A stretch of DNA of 63,967 bases, filler included, from Octopus bimaculoides (lineage: Eukaryota), in assembly GCF_001194135.2 (NCBI RefSeq). It is 9 parts of 8 records of this genome, joined end to end, with 100 filler letters (N's around TTAATTAATTAA, not from the genome) between each part and the next. Parts side by side here need not be neighbours in the genome. Positions count along the whole stretch, not along the records: positions 1 to 28,026 come from NC_068986.1; positions 28,127 to 38,558 come from NC_068983.1; positions 38,659 to 47,125 come from NC_068983.1; 6 more parts are not named here. The stretch is one strand, 5' to 3'. Numbering within the stretch: position 1 is the stretch's first letter; each line of letters starts with the position of its first letter. Under the pieces are notes generated by a model. It did no database searches, had not been told where the DNA came from, and saw only the letters and a program-made list of their open reading frames with translations. Positions 27,342 to 40,749 of the stretch are shown piece by piece. A program made the translations under genes and the position numbers.

Positions 27342-27990
27342 CATTCCCTAAGTTTTAAATATTAATAATAAATTGTGATTTAAAAAAAACACGAGCATAA
27401 AGAGATATACTATATTATATATGACAAGATAACATAACAGACGACGATGACATCATCAACATTGAGATGAATAGAATAACTATTTTACTGTTTTATGACA
27501 CCATTGATTTTAATACTAGTTTGATTAATGGTAAAGTTTAAAAAGTTATAAGAGATGCAGCGAGTTTCGTTTTAGTTAAAAGCTTCACATCTCCATCTAA
27601 AATGTCGTCTGTGCATAGAGTGTCGAATGCCAAGAAACTGAATTATGCGACTGTCACATTCTCATAGTCATAGTAGAGAGAAAATACCGAGATCTTAGTT
27701 ATTTTATGGTCTGTTACTCTTTTATTCGTTTCAATAAGTAGACTTCGACATTTCTAGTGCATCGGCTTTAAGGCTTTTTAGTTAAGTATTCTATCTATAT
27801 GTGTGTGAGTGTGTGCATGTGAAAGGTTTACATACACGTGTATATGTATGTATGTGTGTGTTTATCTGTGTGTGTATGTGTATTTGTGTGTTTATTGTAT
27901 ATGTAATACGTCAACAAAAAGGCAGAACTCTCTCTATCTCTCCCTCTCTCTCTGTCATATTCCTCATTCTATTTCTCCGTCTCCTCTCTG

Positions 27991-28026
<36 letters not shown>

Positions 28027-28126
28027 NNNNNNNNNNNNNNNNNNNNNNNNNNNNNNNNNNNNNNNNNNNNTTAATTAATTAANNNNNNNNNNNNNNNNNN
28101 NNNNNNNNNNNNNNNNNNNNNNNNNN
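28027..28126. other. scaffold linker N44-TTAATTAATTAA-N44 (also at 38559, 47126, 53091, 55772, 58826, 60928, 62828)
   Basis: The same 100-bp construct occurs eight times, with stops in all frames. It is an assembly artefact. Confidence 0.97.
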
Positions 28127-28258
28127 GTGCTTTTAATTATTAATTTTTCTATATGTGATAGTGGATTTTCATCGATGAGTTCTTGAAAATTGGTTATTTT
28201 CCCTAAAACTATATATATTTTATATATATATATATATACATGTGTCTGTGTGTGTGTG

Positions 28259-28313
<55 letters not shown>

Positions 28314-28590
28314 ATATATATATATATATATGTTTGAGTGAAGTTAACAGTCTTTGTGTGATTTTCAATCCCTAACACGTGTCTTCGTCACTATAATTGT
28401 TTTCGTTCAAACACACGGTCTCAGATAAAATTATTAGCTTGTTAAGAATACTTCTGAAACACTTTTTTAAAATATTTCTATTCTGTAATTTGTGTCTAAC
28501 ACATGACAATTTACATTTAGCACCATTTGTTTATTTATGTAAATGTGTGCATGTATATATACATATATTTGTGTATATATGTATATATAA

Positions 28591-28842
28591 TGAACTGACC
28601 AGTCGAAGACGACGTGCGGGTGTTCAGTTCTTCCCAAAAGACCTGCACAAATGATCCGGTTATAATTATCACTCCCTCCATCAAATCGACGTTGCCTGAA
28701 CGGTACGCTGTATGCCAGTTGTCGAAGTGATCACCGCGTCATGTGAGATGAAATGTTTTACACAAAGTTTCTCCTTGCGCAGCAATGGCAACCACAAATT
28801 TACGATCATGAGTACAATACTCTAAATATTAAGCCACGCGCC
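28591..28842 (-). mobile_element. tRNA-derived SINE
   Basis: Reversed head ggcgcgtggctta...ctcatgatcgtaa. Confidence 0.7.
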
Positions 28843-30499
28843 TAAACGCGCGCGCGCAAACACACACACAAACACGCAGCCACAAGCAATGACACATTTA
28901 TATGTACTATAGCGTTGAAATTTGAAATAATGGTAATGTTGAAACCAAAGTTTACTGCTACTGATTATGATGATCACTTGAGTGTAATAAAGAACAAAAT
29001 ATAGTTTAGAAATTTATAACAGACTAAGAATTAGAAAACGAAATTTGATGGAACATAGAATTTTCGTAAGATGAAAGTATCCGAGACTACGGCTGTGCGA
29101 AGCACGTTGAAATGCTTATGGTACGATATAACACTCCTGTAAACATGGGTATTTTCTAATTGCTTTATAAATGCAGCCAGTAATATGATGTTGAATAAAC
29201 TATTTTGCAAGAATCTGAGTTTAGTATTTGTTACGTATGATGCCATAATGTGATCTAGTATTAAATGATTGCAAAAAAAAAAAAAAAAAAATTAGGGAAC
29301 TTTGTAAACTAATTAGAAAGGGTGAAATAGAAAAAAGCAAGTATTTCTGAAATAAAAGGAAAGTAGACAATAGAAATACAAATAACTTTTGAGAAAAACT
29401 AGAACTTATTTGTGCACCAAATCATTGGTGAAATGAAACGAAAAACCTTTTTTAGCAGCGATGGAGAATTACGATACGTGTTTTTAAATGTATAACTCAG
29501 CTCTGTCAATATCTTTGCTTGGGAAGTCAAAACAGGTGATGAACTACTCTTTTGTATCTGAGTCTGATTTATTACAGACGAAACAAGCGAATATAAAAGA
29601 AAATAAAATACATAAAAAAGAATTAGAAGATGAAAATATACGGGAACAGAGGAATCAAGATACCATCCATCACAGAAACAAAGAAACACCATAAAAAGAA
29701 CCAGTTTAGAAAAAAAAAATTTTTTCACATAAACCAACTGTCAAGGAGTTGATAAGGCTATCAAAAGATGGGGGATGTCGGTTACAATACGTGACAACAA
29801 ACAAAGAGAACGAAAACATTACTGTATGAATCTCATTAACTATTTCCATTTTCCTTCTGTACATTCATGAAACACGCTGGTCACGAGTGAATGAAATTAA
29901 CAAGGTCAAATGCGTTAAGTCTATGTGCCTGTCTTATTTGTAATTCTGTACGGAATACCTGTTGGTATGAAAATGATATAAGGTCTGTACAGCAGTTAAA
30001 TACATATCTGAACATATTCTTCAAAATAATCCAGGCCTATAACTTATATAAGCCACATTTTAGCATTTACTATTTGTAAGATGTGAGCGACTGTCATTTT
30101 ATTTAGAGATTGTATTTAGTTGCATTTTTGACCAGAAATCCTTATTTATATAACTAATTTGCCTAGCTGTCAAACATAAGTGTCGGATTATATGGAGAAA
30201 AATTAACATGTATACAGAATTATTAAATCTCACCGAGGTACATGACTTCAGCTTATCCTAGTCGTGGCTGACATAAAATAAAACTGTTTCAAATAGTAAA
30301 AAAATATACTGTTATATAATGGATAAACAAAGACGATTCGTTTGCCATGTGCAAACTTAAACTTCACTTCGTTGGATCTGAGTTCTCTGTATACAAAAGC
30401 TCAACGAATGAATACACTAATGTGCTCTTATTTCTCAGATTTTACAATACTCACGAAAGGACGGGATATGCAAAAGCATTTTTCAGACCATTAACTATA

Positions 30500-31130
30500 A
30501 TGATGTTTCTTTAAGTTTTATTCAAGTTCTTCTCGAGTGTGTTCAAAACGGATGCTAACACAGCGGCAAAACCTTTTGAGTCAAGTGATTTCCCATTGTT
30601 TTTAAATATGTGGTTGAGTTGGTGTGTTGGTTGAACAGTCGATGCATACATCCAAGTGTCTGTACGTATAGACATAAGAATCTCAGATAGAAAATTTCTG
30701 AAATGCCTTACAAATCTTCACTGTGCCACTAATAGATTGGATTTGGAGAATCTGCGTCTTGTCCGTTTGCTCTTTCTCATTGAAACTGATAATTCCTAGA
30801 TTTTTGTACGAATTTGTTGGTACATAACCTAATGCGTCTATAATGATGGGTACAAATAAGAATCCATAGTCAAGTTACAACAGCTGTAAGTTCCGAACAA
30901 ATTCACCCAAAACGTTCTTCCTTACCCAGACTTTTGATTGTATATTCACATCCGCTGTACAGCTGACCTGTACATCAGTGTATGACGTATGTTACCTGTC
31001 CTACACAACAATATTAGGTCTGTCATCTTCGCTCCGAATTGATGTTTTTTATTGGGATGATTCACTAATATTCTTTGTTTTTAATGGTGTGAATACCTGT
31101 TGGTTCTGACATGCCTTTGACATATATGTG
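30500..31130 (-). mobile_element. 3' end of an R4/Dong-like LINE (restriction-like endonuclease domain)
   Basis: IPIK...DRPNIVV*D, RNLQLL...FVPIII(D)ALGYVP, LQIQSISGTVKICKAFQKFSI*. Confidence 0.75.
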
Positions 31131-31308
31131 AGGCAGTACTTTCTGCGGATATTATAGTAAAAATCGTAATATGCATGCATGTATGTATGCATATGTGTAT
31201 GTATGTTTGCATGTATGTATGTGTGTAGGTATGTATGTATGCGTGTGTATGTTTGTATATATGTATATAGGCACGTTGGTATGTATGTATGTATGTATGT
31301 ATGTATGT

Positions 31309-31346
<38 letters not shown>

Positions 31347-32734
31347 GTGTGTGTGTGTGTGTGCGTGTGTGTGTGTATGTGTGTAATTATATAGATGTAT
31401 ATATATATATNNNNNNNNNNNNNNNNNNNNNNNNNNNNNNNNNNNNNNNNNNNNNNNNNNNNNNNNNNNNNNNNNNNNNNNNNNNNNNNNNNNNNNNNNN
31501 NNNNNNNNNNNNNNNNNNNNNNNNNNNNNNNNNNNNNNNNNNNNNNNNNNNNNNNNNNNNNNNNNNNNNNNNNNNNNNNNNNNNNNNNNNNNNNNNNNNN
31601 NNNNNNNNNNNNNNNNNNNNNNNNNNNNNNNNNNNNNNNNNNNNNNNNNNNNNNNNNNNNNNNNNNNNNNNNNNNNNNNNNNNNNNNNNNNNNNNNNNNN
31701 NNNNNNNNNNNNNNNNNNNNNNNNNNNNNNNNNNNNNNNNNNNNNNNNNNNNNNNNNNNNNNNNNNNNNNNNNNNNNNNNNNNNNNNNNNNNNNNNNNNN
31801 NNNNNNNNNNNNNNNNNNNNNNNNNNNNNNNNNNNNNNNNNNNNNNNNNNNNNNNNNNNNNNNNNNNNNNNNNNNNNNNNNNNNNNNNNNNNNNNNNNNN
31901 NNNNNNNNNNNNNNNNNNNNNNNNNNNNNNNNNNNNNNNNNNNNNNNNNNNNNNNNNNNNNNNNNNNNNNNNNNNNNNNNNNNNNNNNNNNNNNNNNNNN
32001 NNNNNNNNNNNNNNNNNNNNNNNNNNNNNNNNNNNNNNNNNNNNNNNNNNNNNNNNNNNNNNNNNNTATATATACATATACATATACATATATGTATATA
32101 TGCATATGTGTGTAAGTATTATTTACCTTTTCCTTATAAGAGCCAGAGCTTTTAGTGGCTTATGAAGGTCTGCTTCCGAATCTGTAGCTGATTCGACATA
32201 ACGGTGCAAAAACACGCCCTCTACAGTTCGATGACATCATTGAAGCCCCCTTCATACTCATCATCTACAATGAAAACTTCTTGCTAAAGTCAGATCTCGA
32301 TGCAAAAATATTTCCTCTGAGGTCTATATTGGGTCTATATTAGGTCTATATTGTTACTAGATGACAAAGTTTTCAACAGCTTATTACATAGTTGTTTGTT
32401 TTATGCTTTTTCTTTTATCAGTTCTTAATTATTTTTGGTTGTCATTTTCGAATGATATTTTATTGTTCTCTAATATATTTTAGTTCTAAATTAATATTTA
32501 TTTGTACACAAGAAGATAATGAAAATGACTACATAAAAAAACACAAACATATGGAAGCAGCTAAGTGCTTCATTACTTCTCAGCCAATAACCAAATAGCA
32601 TCCAGTCAACAGCACCAAAGTATTGGTAGTCAATCAGTATTGAGATACATTCATACTTCTCTCTGAAGGCCACTAGGGTTCAGGAAGATTATAATATTTT
32701 CCTTAGCCAATCCCCATTGAGAAATAATCCCTTC

Positions 32735-32940
32735 CACTATTGGCACAAGGCTTGAAATGTAGGGGAAAGTGTGGTCGATTACATCGAATCCAGTACTCAG
32801 CTGGTATTTATTCTCTCGACTCCAACTGAATGAAAAGCAAAATCGACCTCGGTGGAATGTGAACTCAGAACGAAAAGACGGAGGAAATGCCGCGAAGCAT
32901 TTCCCCCGACGTGCTAACGATTTTATTAACTTGCTGCCTT
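32735..32940 (-). mobile_element. family-B SINE
   Basis: aaaagcaaaatcgacctcggtggaatgtgaactcagaacg. Confidence 0.85.
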
Positions 32941-33544
32941 GATAATTGAAAAATAATGGTAACGTTTATGTCAAACGATGAAGCATTGATGATTCATGTA
33001 CATGGACGTGCATTTATCCTTGGACATCATAATGCCTCCGTTAATAAAAACTGAAGTTGGACGCGATATAAATGAAGCAAAATTGGATATAATTTCAAAA
33101 ATTATCTCGGAAACGTAGAGAAATTGCAACAAAGCATGCGCAATGAAGGTTTGTTAATGCTTAAGTGGACTTAATACTGTCAAACCTGCAGAAACAATAG
33201 AATAAGAGGCGACAAAAATAAGGTACGTTTAAACGACGTATAATCAAATTAACTCCATAATAGCATCGGGTTACGTTCAAAAGAAAAGCAGCAAACGTTA
33301 GCTGAAGTGACAAGAGTGACACATATTAACGGAGAACTTAAAGCAAGAATACCAACAAAGTTATCTGAACGTTCTCTAAAGAAAAACATTTTCTTCATGG
33401 GCAACAGAATATAAACAGATGATTGGTACAATGTCATAGAGGGAGTGATGTGACGAAGATGTCAATTCTTGTAAGCTACAGATTACAGTATCTGAGGAAC
33501 AAGAATTCTGAAAAAAAAAACATGAAACAAATATTATTAATTCG

Positions 33545-33765
33545 AAGCTGCACTTAGCGGGAGAGTATCATGCTGAGCAAAATGCTTAGCAACAATTCGT
33601 CTCTCTTCGTGTTCTAAGTCCAAATTCCACCGAGATCGAATTTGCCTTTCAAGCTTTCGAGGTTGATATTAAAGTACCAGTTGAACCAGTTGATGTAATC
33701 GACTTACCCCCGCCCCCCGCCACAAAGAGTAAATTGCTGGCCCTGTGCCAAAATTTGAAACTAAT
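33545..33765 (+). mobile_element. family-B SINE, decayed
   Basis: aaatgcttagc...tttgcctttc...aagtaccag...aaaatttgaaac. Confidence 0.8.
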
Positions 33766-34111
33766 ATAATACTGCATTATTGTATCATAGACACTGATAT
33801 TTGCAGTATTGGATCTGTAAGCGAGCAACTCTGCTGAGCTTACAACACACTTAGCATCAGAGTGGCCAATAGACAGAAGACCATCAGACCGGGGCTCGAG
33901 GCAGCGGAGGATATATCATGGTTGCAGTGGATGAGGAAGGATGTGTGAACCCTGGACAGCGCAGTGCTTTCATGGACAGTGTTAACTGGGTACAAACTGG
34001 GCTGTGACCAATGCTTACTTGATAGCTTGGGTTAAGGTGTCTGGTGCTGAAAAACTCTAGGAAACACCACTGACTATTGTGTCCAGGTGTTTAACAATAT
34101 GATGCATGGAA

Positions 34112-34325
34112 AAGGCGGCAAGCTTTCAGAAACGTTAGCACGCCAGATGAAATGCTTAGCGGCATTTCATCTGCCGCTACGTTCTGAGTTCCAATTTCGC
34201 CGAGGTCGACTTTGCCTTTCATCCTTTCGGGGTCGATAAATTACGTACCAGTTGCGTACTGGGGTCGATCTAATCGACTGGCCTCCTCCCACCAAATTTC
34301 GGGTTTTTTGCCTAGAGTAGAAAAG
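34112..34325 (+). mobile_element. family-B SINE with a 16-bp target-site duplication
   Basis: AATATGATGCATGGAA occurs at 34096-34111 and again at 34326-34341. Confidence 0.92.
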
Positions 34326-35870
34326 AATATGATGCATGGAATACCGAGTTACTAAAATAAAATAAGCTATTTGGAAACGAAATTGCTTATCTCAGTTGCG
34401 ATATTTTTCACATGATTCAGGTGGAAATAATTCTCAGAGTGATAGTAACCTAATTCATGCAGCAAAGTTCTGTATCAAACATATTAGAATGACCTGAAAA
34501 TACCTCAGACTGTTATCGTCTTTCAAACCGAGCAGAGAACCCAACGCACACTATCATTAACAACCAATTCAGAAACATGAATACTTGATGTTGGAAAAAG
34601 TTTAGCGTTTCTATGATACAGTGTGCAAATCTTAGTGTTATTCCCTTAAGTAATATTACACGTTGCCGTATAAGAGAGTAAATAAAATGATTTTGTTATG
34701 TATAGTGTTTCATATATCTTTAGATACGGCTGCTATGTACATGTTTTATTGTATTTAAATCTTACAGATCTTTTAACCAGTTGAAGATCAATATCAACTT
34801 TATAGCATCGTGGCTTAGAAAACAATAAAATATTGTTTGAAGACGACTAGAAAAATAATTATGAGCGAGTAAGAGGCATAACGTTAACAAACGTCGACTA
34901 TGAATAAAAATGTCCGAAATTTTGGCCATTATTTTGCACACACACACACACACACACGCACACATACACACACACACACACACTTATGGATGTAGATGTA
35001 TATATATGTATGTATATATATTGTATATATATATATGTGTGTGTGTGAATATGTGTAGACACATACTCACACGAAGGCACATGCATGTACGTATGTATGT
35101 ATGTATATCATACGGCAGGAATTCGGAATAGCAGTTGGCTGGAAAACATTTAATATACGTTCACTTTTGATTTTAGGTGTCCATGTAGTCAAATACACGC
35201 AAAGATTCACTGAAGGAGCGTTCTTCCGCATGTCGGTGGAGCATGTAAAGTGTGTCGACTAGACAGCGAAACGGATGCATCAAATGTCGGCGAGTACTTT
35301 TTAATCAATCTCAAAATGATGGAAAATTAAATTAGAATCGGTGAGATTGAAACCCATAGATCAGAATTCTGAGACAGACATTGGTCTTCATTCTACGAGG
35401 CACTCTATAGAATCTGTGAACCACCTGTCTATATTGATATTCTTATGCATATACATCTTTCTCTCTTGCTAGTTAACTCTCTATTTATTTAAAATGCGCA
35501 TACATATAGACATGCACATACATCCACACACACATATATTTGACAAACACACACACTTGCCGGTGGTACTCCTTCGGATTTCGAGCATCATTAAAAGCTA
35601 ACCAGACACCAAAGTGCTACTAGCTACCTGCCTAGCAACGTAGTCCAAAAGTTTTCCTTTCTAATGCTCCTGGTGTCGCTAAAATGCCGATCTAATTTCT
35701 AACAGTACCATTTAACTCGCCTTGTTGAATAGCAGTCGATTTTGTAGTAACCATCTTAGACTTCCAGCAACCATCTTATTTACTGTATTTTTCCATTTGG
35801 CAGTTTGAGGTCTGTGAAAATTCGTGCCGCATGGAGCCGAATAAAACTATTTTAAATAATAAGATATCAA

Positions 35871-35907
<37 letters not shown>

Positions 35908-36014
35908 AAACATATACACAAGCACACGAAAGCACATATATGCATACATACATACATACATACATACAATCATGCATGCATACATACATACATACATACA
36001 TACATACAAACCTA

Positions 36015-37316
36015 CAGGGTATCGCAGAAAGATTTACCCATTGATATTTCTTAATTATCCAAAATAAATTTAATGAAGTATAATGGAATTTGGCACGAAC
36101 GTCCTTATCTTAATTGTCAATCCATTGCAGTAATTACATTTCAAAATGACCACAATTCACTTTGATCATAGTCTGCAAACCAGTGGTCAGTAAGTTGCAT
36201 GAGCGCCGAATCCACCTCTTTATCCCAACTCGATCCATGCAGACAGAAGGAATTTTTCAGATCTGATGCATTACTTTCTAAGGTGGACCTGGAAGTAAAG
36301 TTTGAAGTCTGAACTTTCAGGAGGCCATATCGTCTTCTCTCAAAAACCGTTGAAATGTTCTTTGCACCACCTCTGTTTGAAACTAGATGTGTGGGCCGGA
36401 GCCTCATATTTAGTGAAGATGTAACGGTCACTAAAGGTTTCTGTAATCTGGGTAACACTTCCTCGTCCAACATTTCCACATAAACTCTACTGCTGACATT
36501 GACACCAGCATCGATGAAAATCAAGGGGTACTTGAACCCATCAGAGTTAACAGCAGCTCACACCATAAGTGAAGCTGGCTGCTGACGGCGTAAATGACTC
36601 CTGCTACCTTCAGACAAGTCTCCTGCATTACGTGCATAAAGTGCATAAAGCGTGTCATTCTTGCTACCTGGTAACTGCCTCTCCAGTAAAGATCTTCTAG
36701 TCAGACTAGATCAGCACTTTGTTAGCGGCACGCTCCATTTCAGCTAATATAATTTCACACCTTTCGAGCTGTTTCTTCTTGGAAGTTCTTGAAATTAAGT
36801 GACGGGATTGTTTCTCGTATGCACTTAGCTTTAGATTTTCTTAAAATATCCTGTGCATAGACGATTTCGAAATACGAAGAGACTTTGCAGTTTCTGTTTT
36901 ACACTCCTGCAGGGATTTCGGTTCAGTCACTTCTTCAAAGCTTCAACAGTATATTTATAAGAATTAATCGTTTCCTATCAGAAATTGACTTGCTAGAGGT
37001 AGTAGCGGGCTCCATATATCGTCTCCAGGTATTGAGCGCTGTTTTACGGCAAACATTCAACTGTTTTGTTAGGTCCTTGTTGTTCACTCCAGCTGTTTTC
37101 AACGCGGCATTCTGGTCACGTCTTGCTTTCGACGCCATGTTTGTTTACAAACCTGTTATAGGCGAAGAAAGCAACAGAAACACGAACAAAAGATATGCAA
37201 ATCTTTATGTGAAATGTTGATAATATTACCTGAAGCGAAATTGTTGAGGAAGAGATTTCACTATGAGTGAATCGTTCTGGAACCCCTGTATGAGTGAATC
37301 GTTCTGGAACCCCTGT
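36015..37316 (-). mobile_element. Tc1/mariner (maT-like) element, full length, transposase pseudogene
   Basis: TA-flanked imperfect TIRs (CAGGGTATCGCAGAAAGATTTACCCAT and CAGGGGTTCCAGAACGATTCACTCAT). MASKARRDQ... helix-turn-helix region; ASLMV*AAVNSDG; APAHTS...WPP. Confidence 0.85.
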
Positions 37317-37946
37317 ATGTATGTATGTATGTATGTATGTATGTATGTATGTATGTATGTATGTATGTATGTATGTATATATATATATATATANNNNNNN
37401 NNNNNNNNNNNNNNNNNNNNNNNNNNNNNNNNNNNNNNNNNNNNNNNNNNNNNNNNNNNNNNNNNNNNNNNNNNNNNNNNNNNNNNNNNNNNNNNNNNNN
37501 NNNNNNNNNNNNNNNNNNNNNNNNNNNNNNNNNNNNNNNNNNNNNNNNNNNNNNNNNNNNNNNNNNNNNNNNNNNNNNNNNNNNNNNNNNNNNNNNNNNN
37601 NNNNNNNNNNNNNNNNNNNNNNNNNNNNNNNNNNNNNNNNNNNNNNNNNNNNNNNNNNNNNNNNNNNNNNNNNNNNNNNNNNNNNNNNNNNNNNNNNNNN
37701 NNNNNNNNNNNNNNNNNNNNNNNNNNNNNNNNNNNNNNNNNNNNNNNNNNNNNNNNNNNNNNNNNNNNNNNNNNNNNNNNNNNNNNNNNNNNNNNNNNNN
37801 NNNNNNNNNNNNNNNNNNNNNNNNNNNNNNNNNNNNNNNNNNNNNNNNNNNNNNNNNNNNNNNNNNNNNNNNNNNNNNNNNNNNNNNNNNNNNNNNNNNN
37901 NNNNNNNNNNNNNNNNNNNNNNNNNNATATATATATATATATATAT

Positions 37947-38183
37947 AAGTAATATTTGTAGCAACTTCAAAATGGCTATCGGTTTGAACGGGCTTACTGC
38001 GATTTTTTAACCCCAGGAGAACAGAGATGACACTAGAACTTGGCTTCTGTTCGCAATATATATATAATTTCAAGTGACATACAATCGCTAATTTTGCAAC
38101 AAGCAAAAATGCTACTCCTAAAAGTCGCAGCATAGTCCGTTCGAACGGACAGCCATGATGAAGTGGCTACAAACATTACTTGT
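37947..38183. mobile_element. MITE with roughly 45-70 bp inverted termini
   Basis: agtaatatttgtagcaacttcaaaatggctatcggtttgaacgg pairs with ccgttcgaacggacagccatgatgaagtggctacaaacattact. Confidence 0.7.
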
Positions 38184-38280
38184 CAGTACAAATACTACGT
38201 TGATCACTTAGAGCGATTTTAGGATTAGAATCTTTGCCTATATCTATCTATTTATGTATCTATGTATGTATCTATGTATG

Positions 38281-38378
<98 letters not shown>

Positions 38379-38379
38379 C

Positions 38380-38413
<34 letters not shown>

Positions 38414-38471
38414 GCATGTACATCTATCTATATATCTTTCTTTCTAACTATCTATCTATTTATCTATCTAC

Positions 38472-38513
<42 letters not shown>

Positions 38514-38888
38514 CAAAAGCAATTATTGAAAATACAAACAAGAAGCACATATCATACANNNNNNNNNNNNNNNNNNNNNNNNNNNNNNNNNNNNNNNNNN
38601 NNTTAATTAATTAANNNNNNNNNNNNNNNNNNNNNNNNNNNNNNNNNNNNNNNNNNNNTTTATACATATATATTTATATATAGATATATTTCTATATATA
38701 TACATATTCATATAGATATATTTTTATATATATATATTTATATATATATATAAAAAAAAGCAACAAAGATTTTAAAGGTTATTGCAGTACACACGTTTCA
38801 TGCTACTCCATTTATTTAAGTAATGCGAGCATTACATTAAATGCAAAATGCAGAGCAATCTTACCACACAGCCAAACCTGCACCTATA

Positions 38889-39289
38889 CAGGTGTGGCTG
38901 TGTGCTAAGAAGCTTGCTTCCCAACCACATGATTTCAGGTTCAGTCCCACTGCATGGTGCCTTAAGCAAGTGTTTTCTGCTATAGCCTCAAGCCAACCAA
39001 AGCTTTGTGAGTGGATTTGATAGATGGAAACTGAAAGAAGCCTGTCGTATACACATATACATATCTATGAGGGTATGTCTTTTTGTCTGTGTTTGTCCCC
39101 CACCCACCACTTGACAACCGGTATTGGTGTGTCGCATCCCCATAACTTAGCAGTTCAGCACAAGAGAATGATAGAATAAGTACTAGACTTAAAAAGAATA
39201 AGTCCTGGGGTCAATTTCTTTGACTAAACTCTCTTTAAGGCAATGCTCCAGCATGGCTGCAGTGAAATGACTGAGACAAATAAAAGAAT
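38889..39289 (+). mobile_element. SINE, family C, CpG-decayed
   Basis: Head gtggctgtgtg-taagaagcttgcttcccaaccacatg, B box ggttcagtccc, tail gaaacaaataaaag-like. Confidence 0.9.
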
Positions 39290-39300
39290 GTATATATATT

Positions 39301-39690
39301 CTTTTAATCTTTTATTTGTTTCAGTCATTTGACTGCGGCCATGCTGGAGCACTACCTTTAGTCAAACAAATCGACTCCAGTACTTATTCTTTGTAAGCCT
39401 AGTACTTATTCTATTGGTCTCTTTTTTGCCGAACCACTAGGTTACAGGGACGTAGATACACCAACATTGGTTGTCAAGCGATGGTGGAGGGACAAACACT
39501 GACAGACAAACACACACACACATATATACGACAAGCTTCTTTCAGTTTCCATCTACCAAATCCACTCACAAGGCTTTGATTGGTCCAAAGCTATAGTAGA
39601 AGACACTTGCCCAAGGTGCCACGCAGTGAGACTGAACCCGGACTCATGTGTGGTAAGCAAACTACTTACCACACAGCCACTCCTGTGCCT
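39301..39690 (-). mobile_element. SINE, family C, inverted relative to the previous copy
   Basis: Reverse complement of 38889-39289 along most of its length. Confidence 0.9.
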
Positions 39691-39865
39691 ATATATATAT
39701 ATGATGATGAACTTCTGCACAAAAATCTACCAATTTCACCCACAAAACATTAATTAGCCTGTGGAAGGTAAGATGCTAAGCACTAAGACTTGTGAAACTA
39801 ACTTTTTAACTACACAACCATATCTGCATCAGCACATTGATATAATTTATAATGCGATTTAAATT

Positions 39866-40360
39866 ATCATTTAATATCCGCCTTGCATGCTGGCAGGAGG
39901 TGGACAGTTTGACAGGAACTGGTCAAGCAGAAGACTGCATCAAACTTCTGTGTCAATTTTGGCACAGTTTTTACAACTGGATGCCCTTCCTAATACCAAC
40001 CACCCTGCAGAGTAGACTGAGTGCTTTTTATGTGGCACCAGCACAGGCAAGGTCAGTAATGGCATGGTTTTACAGTCGGATGCCCTTCCAAATGCCAACC
40101 ACTTTACAGTGTGGACTGGATGTTTTTTATGTGACACCAGCACCGGCAGGGTCACCAAGTAACTTGCAAGATAATCTTTGAGAGGAGAGATGGCATTGGA
40201 GCAGGTGATCTTGTGTCAGATGATGAAAGGTTAGAGTGTGACAGAGACAGAAACAGGTGTCTTGCTATAGAAGAGGTACATGGTGAGACAGAGAGAGTTA
40301 ACAAGAATGAGGACAAAAACAGGTGTGCCGCTGTAAAAGAGATACGTGGTTACATAATGA
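39866..40360 (-). mobile_element. RTE-type LINE 3' region
   Basis: Tandem ggatgcccttcc(t)aa.(a/g)ccaacc motifs typical of invertebrate RTE tails; similar sequence at 44630-44850. Confidence 0.6.
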
Positions 40361-40686
40361 GATTTAAATTTGAATATAAACACTTTAGCGTGGACAATCT
40401 CATGCAGGTTGGTATTAAAATGTTAGATTCTTCTGTTGATAAAATGGACATTATTATTCAGAAAGATCTCCATTTTCTAACTGCTTACAATTAGAAAAAA
40501 TTTTATGTATTTAGAAATTTGTTTAATCTGCCTGAATGCTGATTATATAAAGGAGATTGTCATATACTTATGCTTTTAAGAACATCTGTGGAGTAGAGAG
40601 AAAACAAATCTCTCTTCAGTTATTTGGGATACATAAAAAAGACACAGAAAAAAAATATATTTCCAAGAAATAACAAAATAAATTAC

Positions 40687-40749
40687 CTGAATTTGATAAT
40701 TGCCAGGCTGAATGTCAGTAAATTCTAGCTCCGTTAAATTACCAGGCAA
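40687..40749 (-). CDS. exon: C-terminal strands of a fibronectin-III-like domain
   Basis: Acceptor tatattttcctcag, donor CAG|GTAATT. 63 nt, phase 0 to 0: LPGNLTELEFTDIQPGNYQIQ. Confidence 0.8.

Noticed and set aside
28071-28082. TTAATTAATTAA as a homeodomain site or piggyBac target
   Set aside because: It always sits at the centre of exactly 44+44 Ns, so it is a synthetic linker.
29399-29737. Lys/Glu-rich ORFs on both strands
   Set aside because: Low-complexity A-rich sequence with no splice signals or recognisable motif.
33190-33410. Tc1 helix-turn-helix-like remnant (QTLAEVT...SERSLKKNIFFMG)
   Set aside because: Too degenerate, with no TIRs or catalytic motifs, to call.
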